A stretch of DNA of 43,801 nucleotides, from NCBI GenBank assembly GCA_947461495.1, contig CANHLV010000001.1, positions 1 through 43,801 of the forward strand. The letters run 5' to 3'. The first letter of the stretch is position 1; every line of letters begins with the position of its first letter. Position numbers and translations under genes: made by a program. The stretch is from Chitinophagaceae bacterium. Lineage in GTDB: Bacteria; Bacteroidota; Bacteroidia; Chitinophagales; Chitinophagaceae. The notes beneath the pieces were generated by a model. It ran no database searches and had not been told where the DNA came from. It worked only from the letters and a program-made list of their open reading frames with translations. Positions 18,719 through 29,223 of the stretch are shown here, one piece after another.

Positions 18719-19063
18719 ATGCAAAAATCTACCATTACCATTGACGTTATTCTTGACCCTAATAAAATTCCTGAACAAATCAATTGGCAGGCTTCAGACA
18801 GTACTGCAGAAATGGCGCAAAAATCAAAAGCCATGTGTTTGGCATTTTGGGACAGTGCAGATAAATCGGCGCTTCGTATTGATTTGTGGACCAAAGACAT
18901 GATGGTAGATGAAATGGGTGATTTTTATTACCAGATGTTGATGACCATGGCAGATACTTTCAACAGGGCCACTAAAAACAATGTGCTTTCCGAAGAGATG
19001 AAAACCTTTGCCAAAGATTTTTATCAGAAATTCAGAGACGATATGATCAAAGAACAAGGCTAA
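18719..19063 (+). CDS. gldC: Gliding motility protein GldC
   Basis: LD.NKIPEQINW.ASD...KAM.LAFWD...ALRIDLWTKDMMVDEM...MADTFNRAT. Confidence 0.92.
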   Translation: MQKSTITIDVILDPNKIPEQINWQASDSTAEMAQKSKAMCLAFWDSADKSALRIDLWTKDMMVDEMGDFYYQMLMTMADTFNRATKNNVLSEEMKTFAKDFYQKFRDDMIKEQG

Positions 19064-19102
19064 TTTTATTTATTTTTATATCTACATTTTAAAATACAAA
19101 CT

Positions 19103-19552
19103 ATGTCACTCGAAGTAAAAATAATGGCGGAAATGAAAGACGCCATGAAATCTAAAAATGAAGCGGTATTAAGAGCTTTAAGAGCTATTAAAGCTGAGAT
19201 CATTAAAGCCAAAACTGAACCTGGTGCAAACGGAGAAATTGATGAAGCTACTGAACAGAAATTTTTACAAAAGATGATGAAGCAACGCAAGGATTCTCTC
19301 GACATCTTCGAAAAACAAGGTCGTGAGGATTTAGCTGAAAAGGAAAGAGAAGAAATGGCGGTGATAGAAAAATTCCTTCCCAAGCAACTTACAGAAGCAG
19401 AAATCAAAGAAGCCGTAAAAAATATTATTGCCGAAACGGGCGCATCTTCTGCTGCCGATATGGGAAAAGTTATGGGCCTGGCTTCCAAACAACTTGCTGG
19501 GTTAGCTGATGGAAAAACCATCAGTGCTATTGTGAAAGAAATGCTGGCTTAA
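19103..19552 (+). CDS. GatB/YqeY domain protein
   Basis: MKDAMKSK...LRAIKA...KQRKDS...GREDLA..E..E...FLPKQL...DMGKVMG. Confidence 0.95.
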   Translation: MSLEVKIMAEMKDAMKSKNEAVLRALRAIKAEIIKAKTEPGANGEIDEATEQKFLQKMMKQRKDSLDIFEKQGREDLAEKEREEMAVIEKFLPKQLTEAEIKEAVKNIIAETGASSAADMGKVMGLASKQLAGLADGKTISAIVKEMLA

Positions 19553-19575
19553 TTTAACGTCATCAAAATAAGCGA

Positions 19576-20112
19576 ATGATCATTGATATCATTTTTGTTG
19601 TGTTGATGTCTTTTGCCGTGTATAAAGGCATGAGCAAAGGATTTATACAATCTTTGTTTTCTTTTATTGCATTTATAGTTGGGTTAGCAGCAGCGACTAA
19701 GTTATCTGCCGTTGTATCCAATTTCATGTCCGCACATTTTCAGACCCATGCAGTATGGCTTCCCTTTCTTTCGTTTGTTTTGATTTTTGCTGTATTCATA
19801 ATTCTGTTTTTTTATGCAGGAAAATTTTTTGAAAAAACATCTGAAGTGATGATGTTAGGCTGGTTGAATAAATTTGGAGGTATTTGTATCTATTTGTTGC
19901 TGTATGGTTCATTACTCAGTGTTGTCATATTTTATGCAGCAGAAATGAAGATTCTTGGAAAAGAAAATTTGAGCCAGTCGGTTTTTTATCCGTATTTTTC
20001 ACCTTTAGGTCCTTGGATTATTGACAATCTGGGAAAGATAATACCTTTCTTCAAAGGCGTTTTTTTACAGCTCCAGCAATATTTCGAAGGCCTGCCCAAT
20101 AAAATCAACTAA
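19576..20112 (+). CDS. CvpA (colicin V production) family membrane protein
   Basis: IIDII...YKG.SKGFI...LGWLNKFGG, four TM segments. Confidence 0.88.
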   Translation: MIIDIIFVVLMSFAVYKGMSKGFIQSLFSFIAFIVGLAAATKLSAVVSNFMSAHFQTHAVWLPFLSFVLIFAVFIILFFYAGKFFEKTSEVMMLGWLNKFGGICIYLLLYGSLLSVVIFYAAEMKILGKENLSQSVFYPYFSPLGPWIIDNLGKIIPFFKGVFLQLQQYFEGLPNKIN

Positions 20113-20180
20113 TATTTGAGGTATTATTTGAATTAATGTAATTTTAAGCGCAAGGCTATTATTAAAAATATTGTCAAAGA

Positions 20181-20954
20181 ATGGATTACTCAATAAAACA
20201 GGACGGTAAATTCAAATTCATTGAAGAGGGTGAAGGAGAACCGCTGATGATGCTTCATGGCTTATTTGGAGCTCTGAGTAATTTCAAAGATCTAATTGAT
20301 TACTTTAAATCAACACATAAGGTAGTTGTTCCTATTTTGCCATTACTCGACCTAGATTTGCTACATACTTCAGTTGGTGGGCTGCAAAAATTTCTCAATA
20401 AGTTTATTGAACACAGAAATTATCAAAATATTCATCTGATGGGAAATTCTCTCGGAGGTCATGTGGCTTTGGTTCATGTTTTAAAAAAACCAGAACGAAT
20501 CAAATCCTTGATTCTTACGGGAAGCTCCGGACTATTTGAACATGGCATGGGAGATTCTTATCCTAAAAGAGGAGACAAAGAATATATCAGACATAAAACT
20601 TCTCTCACTTTTTATGATCCTGCATTAGCTACCGAAGATCTTGTAAATGAAGTATTTGAAATCACTAATAATCGAATGAAGGTGATTAAAATTATTGCGC
20701 TTGCAAAAAGTGCCATCAGAAATAATCTTGGTCAGGAATTAAATCAAATAAAATTACCAACTTGTCTGATTTGGGGAAATAATGATACCATAACGCCCCC
20801 ATTTGTTGGCGAAGAGTTTCATAAATTAATCCCTAATAGCGAATTACATTTTATAGACAAATGTGGGCATGCGCCAATGATGGAGGTTCCTGGAGAATTT
20901 AATAAAGTTCTCAGTGGTTTTTTAAATAGGCTTGATAGTTCGCTCGCTTTGTAA
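20181..20954 (+). CDS. Alpha/beta-fold hydrolase
   Basis: LHGLFG, nucleophile GNSLGG, IWG.ND, CGHAPMME. Confidence 0.93.
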   Translation: MDYSIKQDGKFKFIEEGEGEPLMMLHGLFGALSNFKDLIDYFKSTHKVVVPILPLLDLDLLHTSVGGLQKFLNKFIEHRNYQNIHLMGNSLGGHVALVHVLKKPERIKSLILTGSSGLFEHGMGDSYPKRGDKEYIRHKTSLTFYDPALATEDLVNEVFEITNNRMKVIKIIALAKSAIRNNLGQELNQIKLPTCLIWGNNDTITPPFVGEEFHKLIPNSELHFIDKCGHAPMMEVPGEFNKVLSGFLNRLDSSLAL

Positions 20955-21014
20955 TCAATTACCCTATTAAGGGTTATGTTTTTAATTTTGTTTAACCCTA
21001 TTCAGCTCAAAACA

Positions 21015-21677
21015 ATGCTTACAGCTCAGTTAATCAATCAGAATATACCCCAATTAAAACTACAAGACACTGTAGCTAAAGCAAAACTGTTGATTAATGA
21101 TTTTAAGCTTACCCACTTGCCTGTTGTCGCTGATAAAAAATACCTTGGGTTAATCAGTGAAGAGGATTTGCTTGACGTAGAAGATGATCGCACTACAATT
21201 GAAATGATACAGGAAAACTTCATGCTTATTTATATACAGGAAGACGTTCATTTTCTTAATGCAATTGGTTATTGCAATCAACACGAAACAAATGTGGTGC
21301 CAGTGATGGATAAGGCTGCAGAATTTATGGGCGTGATTACCACAGATTATTTATTAAAAACCATTGGTGAATTTGCCGGCGCCAATGAAATAGGTGGATT
21401 GATTGTGCTTGAAATGGAAAGGGTACATTTTTCAATTTCAGAAATCAGCAGAATCGTTGAAAGCAATGACTGTACGATACTTCATCTAAACTCTACTACA
21501 GACCCGGTTTCAGGTATTCTTACGGTTACCCTTCATATCAATAAAAAAGAAATTACTTCTCTGCTTGCTACTTTTGAAAGATATGAATACAAAGTATTGC
21601 ATCAGTTTGGCACCAAAATATATGATGATACATCAGATATCAATTACAGAAATCTGATGAACTATCTTGATTTATAA
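21015..21677 (+). CDS. CBS domain protein (AcuB-like)
   Basis: THLPVV...GLISEEDL and VPV...GVIT CBS pair plus a C-terminal ACT-like region. Confidence 0.85.
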   Translation: MLTAQLINQNIPQLKLQDTVAKAKLLINDFKLTHLPVVADKKYLGLISEEDLLDVEDDRTTIEMIQENFMLIYIQEDVHFLNAIGYCNQHETNVVPVMDKAAEFMGVITTDYLLKTIGEFAGANEIGGLIVLEMERVHFSISEISRIVESNDCTILHLNSTTDPVSGILTVTLHINKKEITSLLATFERYEYKVLHQFGTKIYDDTSDINYRNLMNYLDL

Positions 21678-21721
21678 AAAGTATTAATTTTTCATCATAA
21701 CTTTCAAGCAATCTGAAAAAA

Positions 21722-23173
21722 ATGAAACAAACTTATTTGTATTTTTTTTTCATGGTCTTGCTTCATGCACTATCTGTAAATGCTCAGCAGCATATAGACA
21801 CTAAAATATTTTATGAACAACTTCGAGAGACGAATTTGATAGACTCTTCTTCTAAATTTATTTTAGGCGACATTATCATCTACGGGAATAAAAAAACCAA
21901 AGACTATGTCATACTCAGAGAAATGAATATAAAGTCGGGAGACACAGTAAATGCGCTCTCACTTTTTGAAACCATTCAAGCATCCAGAGATCTATTATAT
22001 AATACAAACCTTTTTTCTGAAGTGGAAATCATTCCATTAATGACAAGCGCTTATTCGTTTGCCTTAAAAGTAATTGTGTTGGAAAGATGGTATATATATC
22101 CTGCTCCACAATTCAAGCTCATAGACAGAAATTTTAATGAATGGTGGAAAACATACAATGCCGATTTTAATAGGGTTAGTTATGGTTTAAAATTTACCCA
22201 CTACAACATAAGCGGAAGAGGAGATCAACTTAATCTTATATTTTTAAATGGCTATTCAAGAAATTTTTATGCTAATTATGTGGCCCCATATAGCAATCCA
22301 AGACTTACAGAGGGGTTTTCTGTAGGAATGGGTTTTGCTCAAAATAAAGAATTTAATTACAACACTGGTTATAACAACAAATTATTACAATACAATAAGA
22401 GTGATTTTGGCAAAACAGCATTTTTTGTAAACGCTTCTTACAGAAAACGAAATGGATTTTACAATCGGCATTATTTTATAGCACAGCTTAATTATATCAA
22501 AGTTGATGATAGTGTGATTACAGCCAAATACAATCCCAATTATTTTAATTCACCACATTCAAAAAAGTTGTTTGTTGATTTAACATATGGGTTTCAATAC
22601 ATCAACACAGATAATATAAACTATCCATTAAAAGGAAAAATGTATAGTTTCCTGATTACAAAAAGGGGCTGGGGGTGGTCAGGTGGTTTAAATATGTTTG
22701 CACTAGATGTTACGTATAGAAAATATTATACCCATAAAAAACACTTCTACAGTGGTTTTCAATTATTCACAAAAATCAAATTGCCATTTGAGCAAGCTTA
22801 TATTAACCAGCGTGCTATGGGGTATGGTGATTTTTATCTGAGTGGACTTGAATATTATGTCATAGATGGTGTTGCGGCCGCCATTTCAAAATACAATTTG
22901 AATAAAAAATTATTTTCATTAAAAATTCCTATGCCATTTAAAATAAAACAAGTGCCCTACATCCCATTCACTGTTTATTCGAAACTGTATGCCGAAGCAG
23001 GATACTCATTTAATAAAAAGAAATATGCTACCGAATTGAACAATCGATTCCTTTACACCGCTGGTTTTGGATTCGATTTGCTTAGCTTGTATGACTTGAA
23101 ACTAAGTATAGAATATAGCATTAACCAATTAGGAGAAAAGGGATTATTTTTACACACTAGAAGTATTTTGTAA
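21722..23173 (+). CDS. POTRA-domain Omp85 (BamA/TamA-like) outer membrane protein
   Basis: Signal peptide; 'I.GNKKTKDYVILREM..K.GD...L.NTNLFSEV...V.ERWY' POTRA, then a beta-barrel. Confidence 0.82.
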   Translation: MKQTYLYFFFMVLLHALSVNAQQHIDTKIFYEQLRETNLIDSSSKFILGDIIIYGNKKTKDYVILREMNIKSGDTVNALSLFETIQASRDLLYNTNLFSEVEIIPLMTSAYSFALKVIVLERWYIYPAPQFKLIDRNFNEWWKTYNADFNRVSYGLKFTHYNISGRGDQLNLIFLNGYSRNFYANYVAPYSNPRLTEGFSVGMGFAQNKEFNYNTGYNNKLLQYNKSDFGKTAFFVNASYRKRNGFYNRHYFIAQLNYIKVDDSVITAKYNPNYFNSPHSKKLFVDLTYGFQYINTDNINYPLKGKMYSFLITKRGWGWSGGLNMFALDVTYRKYYTHKKHFYSGFQLFTKIKLPFEQAYINQRAMGYGDFYLSGLEYYVIDGVAAAISKYNLNKKLFSLKIPMPFKIKQVPYIPFTVYSKLYAEAGYSFNKKKYATELNNRFLYTAGFGFDLLSLYDLKLSIEYSINQLGEKGLFLHTRSIL

Positions 23174-23266
23174 AATGAAACTTAGAATACAACTCAAGGC
23201 GACAAATTAAACAATACAATTCAGTCAAGCATTTTTCGTCGTTATTTACAATAAAATAATAAAAAA

Positions 23267-24148
23267 ATGAAAGTTGCCATTTATAGTCGGGGGGTAGAAA
23301 ACGATCAGCAAAGAGATATCAATCATTTGTTTGAAGAACTTATTGCCAATGGCATTGAGCCAGTTTTTTTTCAGGATTTTTTTAACCAGTTTTATTCAGC
23401 CATCAATCTTGATAACAGTAAATATTCAACTTTTAATTGTGCCGAAGACCTAAATGACAGTTTTGAATGTATGATCAGTTTAGGCGGAGACGGCACTTTG
23501 CTGGATACCGTTACCATGGTCCGCGACAATGGAATACCAATTTTGGGAATCAATTACGGTAGACTCGGATTTTTAGCAAACATAGGTAAGGAAGAAATTG
23601 ATGCGGCAATGGATGCCATTGCAAACAGAAAATATGTGATTGACAAAAGATCATTGATTCATCTTGAAGCCAATGTTCCGTTGTTTGGTAAAACACCTTA
23701 CGGGCTTAATGAATTTTCAATTCATAAAAAAGATAGCTCGCCCATGATTAAAATACACACTTACCTGAATGGTGAATTTCTGAACACGTATTGGTCCGAC
23801 GGCCTTATTGTAGCTACTCCAACCGGCTCTACAGGTTATTCATTGAGTTGCAACGGTCCGGTTGTTTTTCCAGATAGCCAAAGTTTTGTAATTACACCCG
23901 TCGCGCCCCATAATTTAAATATCAGGCCGATAATTGTTCCGGATAACACCATCATTTCATTTGAACTTGAAGGCAGAACGGATGGATTTCTGATTACACT
24001 CGACAGCAGACGCGAAATCATTAGCAAAGAAGTACAGCTCGCTGTAAAAAAAGAAAATTTTGACATCAAGTTGATTCGCATGAACGAAAATCATTTTTTA
24101 CAAACCTTGAGAAGCAAACTCAGCTGGGGATTGGATAAAAGAAATTAA
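23267..24148 (+). CDS. nadK: NAD kinase
   Basis: SLGGDGTLL, GINYGRLGFLA, LNE, DGLIVATPTGSTGYSLSCNGP. Confidence 0.97.
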   Translation: MKVAIYSRGVENDQQRDINHLFEELIANGIEPVFFQDFFNQFYSAINLDNSKYSTFNCAEDLNDSFECMISLGGDGTLLDTVTMVRDNGIPILGINYGRLGFLANIGKEEIDAAMDAIANRKYVIDKRSLIHLEANVPLFGKTPYGLNEFSIHKKDSSPMIKIHTYLNGEFLNTYWSDGLIVATPTGSTGYSLSCNGPVVFPDSQSFVITPVAPHNLNIRPIIVPDNTIISFELEGRTDGFLITLDSRREIISKEVQLAVKKENFDIKLIRMNENHFLQTLRSKLSWGLDKRN

Positions 24149-24157
24149 CAATTATTC

Positions 24158-25132
24158 ATGTCCTACAAGTCTAAAAAAATAACAACAATCTTTATTATAT
24201 ACTGGATTTTACTTTTGTATGTCATTGCTGCATTAGTCTGGTGGTTTGTGGCATTGTCTCAACAGAATGAAAGAATGACTACATTGAAAATTCAGGAAAT
24301 AACAAAATCAGACACCGACTATCAAAGAAAATATGATGCCATCCTAAGTGCCAAAAAAAGAAAGGAAGCCCAGTATATAGGAGAAGGAGCTATTTTTCTT
24401 TTGCTGATATCGGCCGGCGCTATTTTTATTTTCAGAGCAGTAAAAGCACAATTAAAAACTACAGAACAACAAAAAAATTTCATGATGGCTATTACCCATG
24501 AATTAAAAACACCCATAGCCATTACCAAACTCAATCTCGAAACATTACAAAAAAGAAAACTTGAAATTTCTCAACAGGAAAAACTAATCAACAATACACT
24601 TCAGGAAGCAAATAGGATGAACGCTTTATGTAATAATCTGTTGTTGTCTTACCAAATGGAGTCTCTTGCTTATCAAATGACCTCTGAAAAATTTAATTTT
24701 AGCGAATTGCTTTCGTTATGTGTTAAGGATTTCGCGGAAAGATTTCCTTTAAAAAAGATCAGCACATCAATTGATCATAATATTTTTCTTGAGGGAGATT
24801 CTTTTTTATTGCAGATGACTATCAACAATCTAATCGAAAATGCAATTAAATATTCGCCAAAAGAAAGTCCGATATTTATTTCATTAAAGAATATGAAAAC
24901 AACTTGCAGTATTGAAATTCAAGATCAGGGGAATGGCATTTCTGATATGGATAAAATTAAAGTTTTCGAGAAGTTTTACAGAACGGGCACAACCGCCACT
25001 CAAAAGTCCAAAGGAACAGGACTGGGCCTTTTTTTGGTTAAAAGAATTATCCTTGCCCACAAAGGCTCTGTGTCAATCAAGGACAACAACCCCCAAGGAT
25101 CGATATTTAACATTCAACTACCCATAAGTTAA
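24158..25132 (+). CDS. Sensor histidine kinase
   Basis: Two TM helices, H-box THELKTP, N-box NLIENAIKYS, G boxes DQGNGI and GTGLGL. Confidence 0.96.
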   Translation: MSYKSKKITTIFIIYWILLLYVIAALVWWFVALSQQNERMTTLKIQEITKSDTDYQRKYDAILSAKKRKEAQYIGEGAIFLLLISAGAIFIFRAVKAQLKTTEQQKNFMMAITHELKTPIAITKLNLETLQKRKLEISQQEKLINNTLQEANRMNALCNNLLLSYQMESLAYQMTSEKFNFSELLSLCVKDFAERFPLKKISTSIDHNIFLEGDSFLLQMTINNLIENAIKYSPKESPIFISLKNMKTTCSIEIQDQGNGISDMDKIKVFEKFYRTGTTATQKSKGTGLGLFLVKRIILAHKGSVSIKDNNPQGSIFNIQLPIS

Positions 25133-25138
25133 TCTGAT

Positions 25139-25870
25139 ATGTCGCAAATAAAACATTCTATTTTGTTAGTTGAAGATGAAGAAAATCTCCACGAAGCATT
25201 GAAACTAAATCTTGAGCTTGAGGGTTATACCGTGAGCAGTAGTTTTGATGGCGCGTCCGCATTACAGTTAATTCATCAAGAGCATTATGATCTTATCATT
25301 TTGGATGTAATGCTCCCGGAAATAGATGGCATTGCTGTTTGCGAATCTATCAGGCTGCAGCAAATTGATATTCCTATTTTGATTTTGAGCGCAAAAAACA
25401 GCAGTGCAGATAGGGTGTTGGGATTAAAAAAAGGAGCAGATGATTATTTGACAAAGCCATTCAATTTGGAGGAACTATTACTCAGAGTAGAAAAGCTCAT
25501 CAGAAAAAATGAAAGGATGGAGAACAAACATACAATAACCGATATCTATGAATTTGGAGGAAACAAAATTGACTTTAACGGATTGATACTTACTAATAAA
25601 ATTGGAGAAATGATAGCGCTGACTAAAAAGGAAGCTATGTTGTTGAAACTTTTAATTGAAAATAAAAACGAAGTTGTCACCAGAGAAAAAATATTACAGG
25701 CGGTGTGGGGATACAATGTCTTTCCAACTACAAGAACAATAGATAATTTCATTTTAAACTTCAGAAAATACGTTAAAGACGACTCTAAAAATCCCGTGTA
25801 TTTTCATTCAGTTAGAGGGGTAGGGTATAAATTCACTCATGCTCCCTCAATTTCCCAAGGCGGGAAATAA
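25139..25870 (+). CDS. OmpR-family response regulator
   Basis: LLVEDE, LDVMLP, GADDYLTKPF, winged helix TRTIDNFI...HSVRGVGYKF. Confidence 0.96.
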   Translation: MSQIKHSILLVEDEENLHEALKLNLELEGYTVSSSFDGASALQLIHQEHYDLIILDVMLPEIDGIAVCESIRLQQIDIPILILSAKNSSADRVLGLKKGADDYLTKPFNLEELLLRVEKLIRKNERMENKHTITDIYEFGGNKIDFNGLILTNKIGEMIALTKKEAMLLKLLIENKNEVVTREKILQAVWGYNVFPTTRTIDNFILNFRKYVKDDSKNPVYFHSVRGVGYKFTHAPSISQGGK

Positions 25871-25898
25871 GTTTACTGAAGTCCCCCCAAAGCGGGAT
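25841..25898. repeat. Degenerate C-rich/G-rich REP-like element, partly inside the regulator's 3' end
   Basis: GCTCCCTCAATTTCCCAAGGCGGGAA resembles GCCCCCTCGGTCCCCCAAAGGGGGAA at 29681-29706 (minus); followed by AGTCCCCCCAAAGCGGGAT. Confidence 0.5.
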
Positions 25899-25919
25899 GC
25901 ATTTTATTGGTTTAGTCAA

Positions 25920-26621
25920 CTAGTCCAAATCGCCCAACTGAGGTCTGATGACAATATCTTCTACAACGGCCTGAGGTGATAATTGCGAAGCGGCAAAAAC
26001 CATATTTGCGATATCATCTACTACCATAATCCGATTTTGGCTGTTATCAAAATCACCCCACGAATCTGTGAGTACTGCACCTGGAAAAACAGCTGTTACT
26101 TTAATGCCATAATCCATCAATTCCAATCTAACGTTTTTTGTAAATCCCAACAATGCGTATTTACTCACGCCATAACTACCACCGCCTTTGTATGCACGTA
26201 AAGAAGCGATGGAACACATGTTAAATATATGTCCCGACTTTCTTTCTATCATCTTTGGTAAAAGCATTCTGGTCAGGTGATATGCGCTAAAAAAATTTAA
26301 GTCCATGATTTTTTCCATAGCACCATCGGCTTCATCAATACAATTCCCTGGCGTGTAAGTACCGGCATTATTGATTACAATATCTGCCGCACCGAAGCTG
26401 TTGCAATAATCTGCGAATTTTTGTATTTCCTTTTTTTGGGTAAGATCTGCCGCAAACCGATTAACTTTTATTCCGGGTGCTTCTGCTAAAATAAATTCAC
26501 TTGTAGTTTCAAGTGCTGCAATTGTTTTGGAGCAAAGTAGCAAATCATATCCTGCTTTGGCAAATTTAATTGCCATTGCTTTACCCATTCCTCTGCTGGC
26601 TCCAGTAATTACTGCTAGCAT
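25920..26621 (-). CDS. SDR family oxidoreductase
   Basis: TGASRGMG, NNAG, YGVSK (YxxxK). Confidence 0.95.
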   Translation of the reverse strand: MLAVITGASRGMGKAMAIKFAKAGYDLLLCSKTIAALETTSEFILAEAPGIKVNRFAADLTQKKEIQKFADYCNSFGAADIVINNAGTYTPGNCIDEADGAMEKIMDLNFFSAYHLTRMLLPKMIERKSGHIFNMCSIASLRAYKGGGSYGVSKYALLGFTKNVRLELMDYGIKVTAVFPGAVLTDSWGDFDNSQNRIMVVDDIANMVFAASQLSPQAVVEDIVIRPQLGDLD

Positions 26622-26704
26622 ATATTCTAATTTAATTGAGATTAATAATTAACTTCACGATTCCGACGCAAAGATAGACATACATTAAAAATAAAAATTT
26701 ATAA

Positions 26705-27403
26705 ATGCCTTCATACAAACATGTATTTTTTGATTTGGATCATACTTTATGGGATTTTGATACCAATGCCAAATCATCACTGACAGATATATTTGGAGAG
26801 TTTAGATTAGCAGAAAAAGTAACACCCGAATTCGATGCTTTCTATGGTAAATATTTACATCATAATAAAATACTTTGGGAACGCTATCAAAACGGATACA
26901 TCACAGCTGAAGAATTGAAATGGAGAAGAATGTGGCGAACAATGATGGAATTTAAAGTGGGGGACGAAAAGTTAGCGAAAGATTTAAGTGCAAGATTTCT
27001 TGACATCTTGCCGGTAAAAGATGGCATGTTTCCTTATGCGTATGAAATTCTGGATTATTTGAAAAATAAAGATTATCAGATACATCTCATTACTAACGGT
27101 TTTGAAAAGACGCAATGGAGTAAAATTCGAAACAGCAAAATTGACCATTTCTTTACTCATGTCATTACTTCTGAAGCCAGTAACAGTATGAAGCCAGAAA
27201 AAGAAATTTTTGAATTTGCTATGCATCAATCCGGTGCTTTATTACATGAATCCATTATGGTTGGCGATAATCTAGACGCAGATATTAAAGGTGCTATGAA
27301 TGCGGGCATGGACAATATTTTCGTTAATCATATTGAAGCAAAAACGGACATGAAGCCCACATATACGATTACTCATTTGAAAGAGCTTGAGGCTATATTA
27401 TAA
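26705..27403 (+). CDS. YjjG-family HAD nucleotidase
   Basis: FFDLDHTLWDF, ITNGF, KP...IF, MVGDNLDADI.GA. Confidence 0.92.
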   Translation: MPSYKHVFFDLDHTLWDFDTNAKSSLTDIFGEFRLAEKVTPEFDAFYGKYLHHNKILWERYQNGYITAEELKWRRMWRTMMEFKVGDEKLAKDLSARFLDILPVKDGMFPYAYEILDYLKNKDYQIHLITNGFEKTQWSKIRNSKIDHFFTHVITSEASNSMKPEKEIFEFAMHQSGALLHESIMVGDNLDADIKGAMNAGMDNIFVNHIEAKTDMKPTYTITHLKELEAIL

Positions 27404-27429
27404 AAAAAGAGCTTCCATATAGGAAGCTC
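27402..27429 (-). terminator. Intrinsic terminator (possibly bidirectional)
   Basis: GAGCTTCC-ATATA-GGAAGCTC hairpin with an A7 tract on the left (U-tract on the minus strand), between convergent genes. Confidence 0.8.
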
Positions 27430-27452
27430 CGAATTTAATGTAAATGCGTTGA

Positions 27453-27635
27453 TTAGTTTTTGCTTTCTGCTTTTACTTCTGCAGTTTTTTCAGCATCTTT
27501 ACTACAAGACTTTGATGATTTTTGGCAGCAAGATTTACCTTTTGCACATTTCTTCTTTTTGCCTTTGTCTGTGTTTGCGAAAGAAACACCACTTACTAAT
27601 AAAGCGGCAGTTGCTAATAAAAATAATTTTTTCAT
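27453..27635 (-). CDS. Small secreted Lys/Cys-rich peptide
   Basis: Signal MKKLFLLATAALLVSGVSFA; mature part with C-x5-CC-x6-C; followed by its own terminator. Confidence 0.75.
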   Translation of the reverse strand: MKKLFLLATAALLVSGVSFANTDKGKKKKCAKGKSCCQKSSKSCSKDAEKTAEVKAESKN

Positions 27636-27714
27636 TTTAAAATGTTTTATTGATTAATCGAGTGTAAAAATAATCAATAATCGCTGTAAATCAAACTGCA
27701 AAACTGTTATTTTT

Positions 27715-28368
27715 TTATAAAGTAGCTATTACAGACACCCCGCCTTTTACCACTTCATTCATATTGGCGTTGATTTTTGTCCCTATTGGCAATAGTAAAT
27801 CTACCCTGCTGCCAAATTTAATGAAGCCCATTTCTTCGGTTTGTTTAACTTCTTGACCGACTTTTGTGTAATTCATTATTCTTTTAGCTAGCGCCCCTGC
27901 TATTTGTTTCACTAAAATTTCTTTGTTCCCTTTTCTGATTACAATTGAATGTCTTTCGTTTTCAGTTGAGGATTTAGGATGCCATGCCACTAAATACTTT
28001 CCTTTATGATATTGATTGTAAACCACTTCTCCTGAGATAGGATTTCTGTTTACATGAACATTGGCAGGACTCATGAATATAGATACTTGCAAAACCTTTC
28101 CTTTAAAATATTCCTCATCAATTGTCTCTTCAATTACCACTACTTTACCATCGCAGGGAGCAATGACCAGCTTCTCATCAATGGTATAATTTCTGTTGGG
28201 GATTCTGAAAAAAGAAATGATAAACAACCAAAGGAAAAGAGAAATGCCTGCAAAAATCCAGCAGAGTGTGCAGCAGCAACAAAGCCATTTGAAAACCAAA
28301 ATATTCAGCAATATCAGTACCAATGCCGTGATGGCAATTGTTTTGTATCCTTCTTTATGAATTGTCAT
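27715..28368 (-). CDS. psd: Phosphatidylserine decarboxylase family proenzyme
   Basis: FFRIP.R, APCDGKV, SIFMSPANVHVNR.P, self-cleavage motif FGSRVD. Confidence 0.95.
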   Translation of the reverse strand: MTIHKEGYKTIAITALVLILLNILVFKWLCCCCTLCWIFAGISLFLWLFIISFFRIPNRNYTIDEKLVIAPCDGKVVVIEETIDEEYFKGKVLQVSIFMSPANVHVNRNPISGEVVYNQYHKGKYLVAWHPKSSTENERHSIVIRKGNKEILVKQIAGALAKRIMNYTKVGQEVKQTEEMGFIKFGSRVDLLLPIGTKINANMNEVVKGGVSVIATL

Positions 28369-28417
28369 TTTAAATTTTTGAGTGGCAAATGTACAACGAA
28401 GAATAGATTATTGAACC

Positions 28418-29104
28418 TTATGATATAAAATACTTGACGTATACCCAAACCGCAGGGGCAGCAAAAAGGAAAGAATCAAAGCGATCTAAAAAGCCACCAT
28501 GACCAGGCATGATATTTCCGCTGTCTTTAACGCCGGCCATTCTTTTCAACTTGCTTTCAAATAAATCCCCCAATGTTCCGAAAACAGCACAAAGTGAGGA
28601 AATGATGATCCAGTTCTGAACAGTCAATGAATTGGGAAATAATGATGTTTTGGAAAATATTAATGTAATCACCACCACACATAATATAGCGCCGCCGATA
28701 GTTCCTTCCCATGTTTTTTTGGGAGATATTTTTGAGAAAGGTGTTTTACCGATGAATGAACCGACGATATACGCCATGGTATCATTAATCCAGATGGAAA
28801 AAAATATTGCGGCGGGGAATAATGAATCCAATTGAATATTTTCATCCTCAGACTTTATCCCTAACAATACAATTAAATAAACTGGAATTAAATTATAAAT
28901 AAAAACGAAAGGTATATAAATGATTCTCCTATCATAATCAATCATCTTTATAATCTTGGCCATCTCCATACTGCAACCAACAGCTATAATAGTAAACAAT
29001 GCCATGTATGCATAAGGATTAAAGAATAAGCCACCCAGCATTACTGTAGCAAATACAATGGCAGTGAGGGCTCTAGTTTTGAAAGTTTGTATATTGAAAG
29101 CCAT
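28418..29104 (-). CDS. cdsA: Phosphatidate cytidylyltransferase
   Basis: WINDTMAY..G...ISPKKTWEG...GDLFES.LKR..GVKDSG..MPGHGG.LDRFDS. Confidence 0.96.
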   Translation of the reverse strand: MAFNIQTFKTRALTAIVFATVMLGGLFFNPYAYMALFTIIAVGCSMEMAKIIKMIDYDRRIIYIPFVFIYNLIPVYLIVLLGIKSEDENIQLDSLFPAAIFFSIWINDTMAYIVGSFIGKTPFSKISPKKTWEGTIGGAILCVVVITLIFSKTSLFPNSLTVQNWIIISSLCAVFGTLGDLFESKLKRMAGVKDSGNIMPGHGGFLDRFDSFLFAAPAVWVYVKYFIS

Positions 29105-29223
29105 GAGTTGGAAAGTCAAAAAAGTATAGCTTTTTGAAGGTTAATTTTTGTCTATGAATAAAATAACGTTGACTGTTGAAGCCAATTCAATTTATAGAAA
29201 TTAGCAATGCCGCTGCTTATAAA

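Noticed and set aside
28259-28285. Cys run (WLCCCCTLC) in the Psd membrane anchor
   Set aside because: It lies in a variable hydrophobic segment and is most simply a short TGC/TGT expansion; there is no evidence of function.
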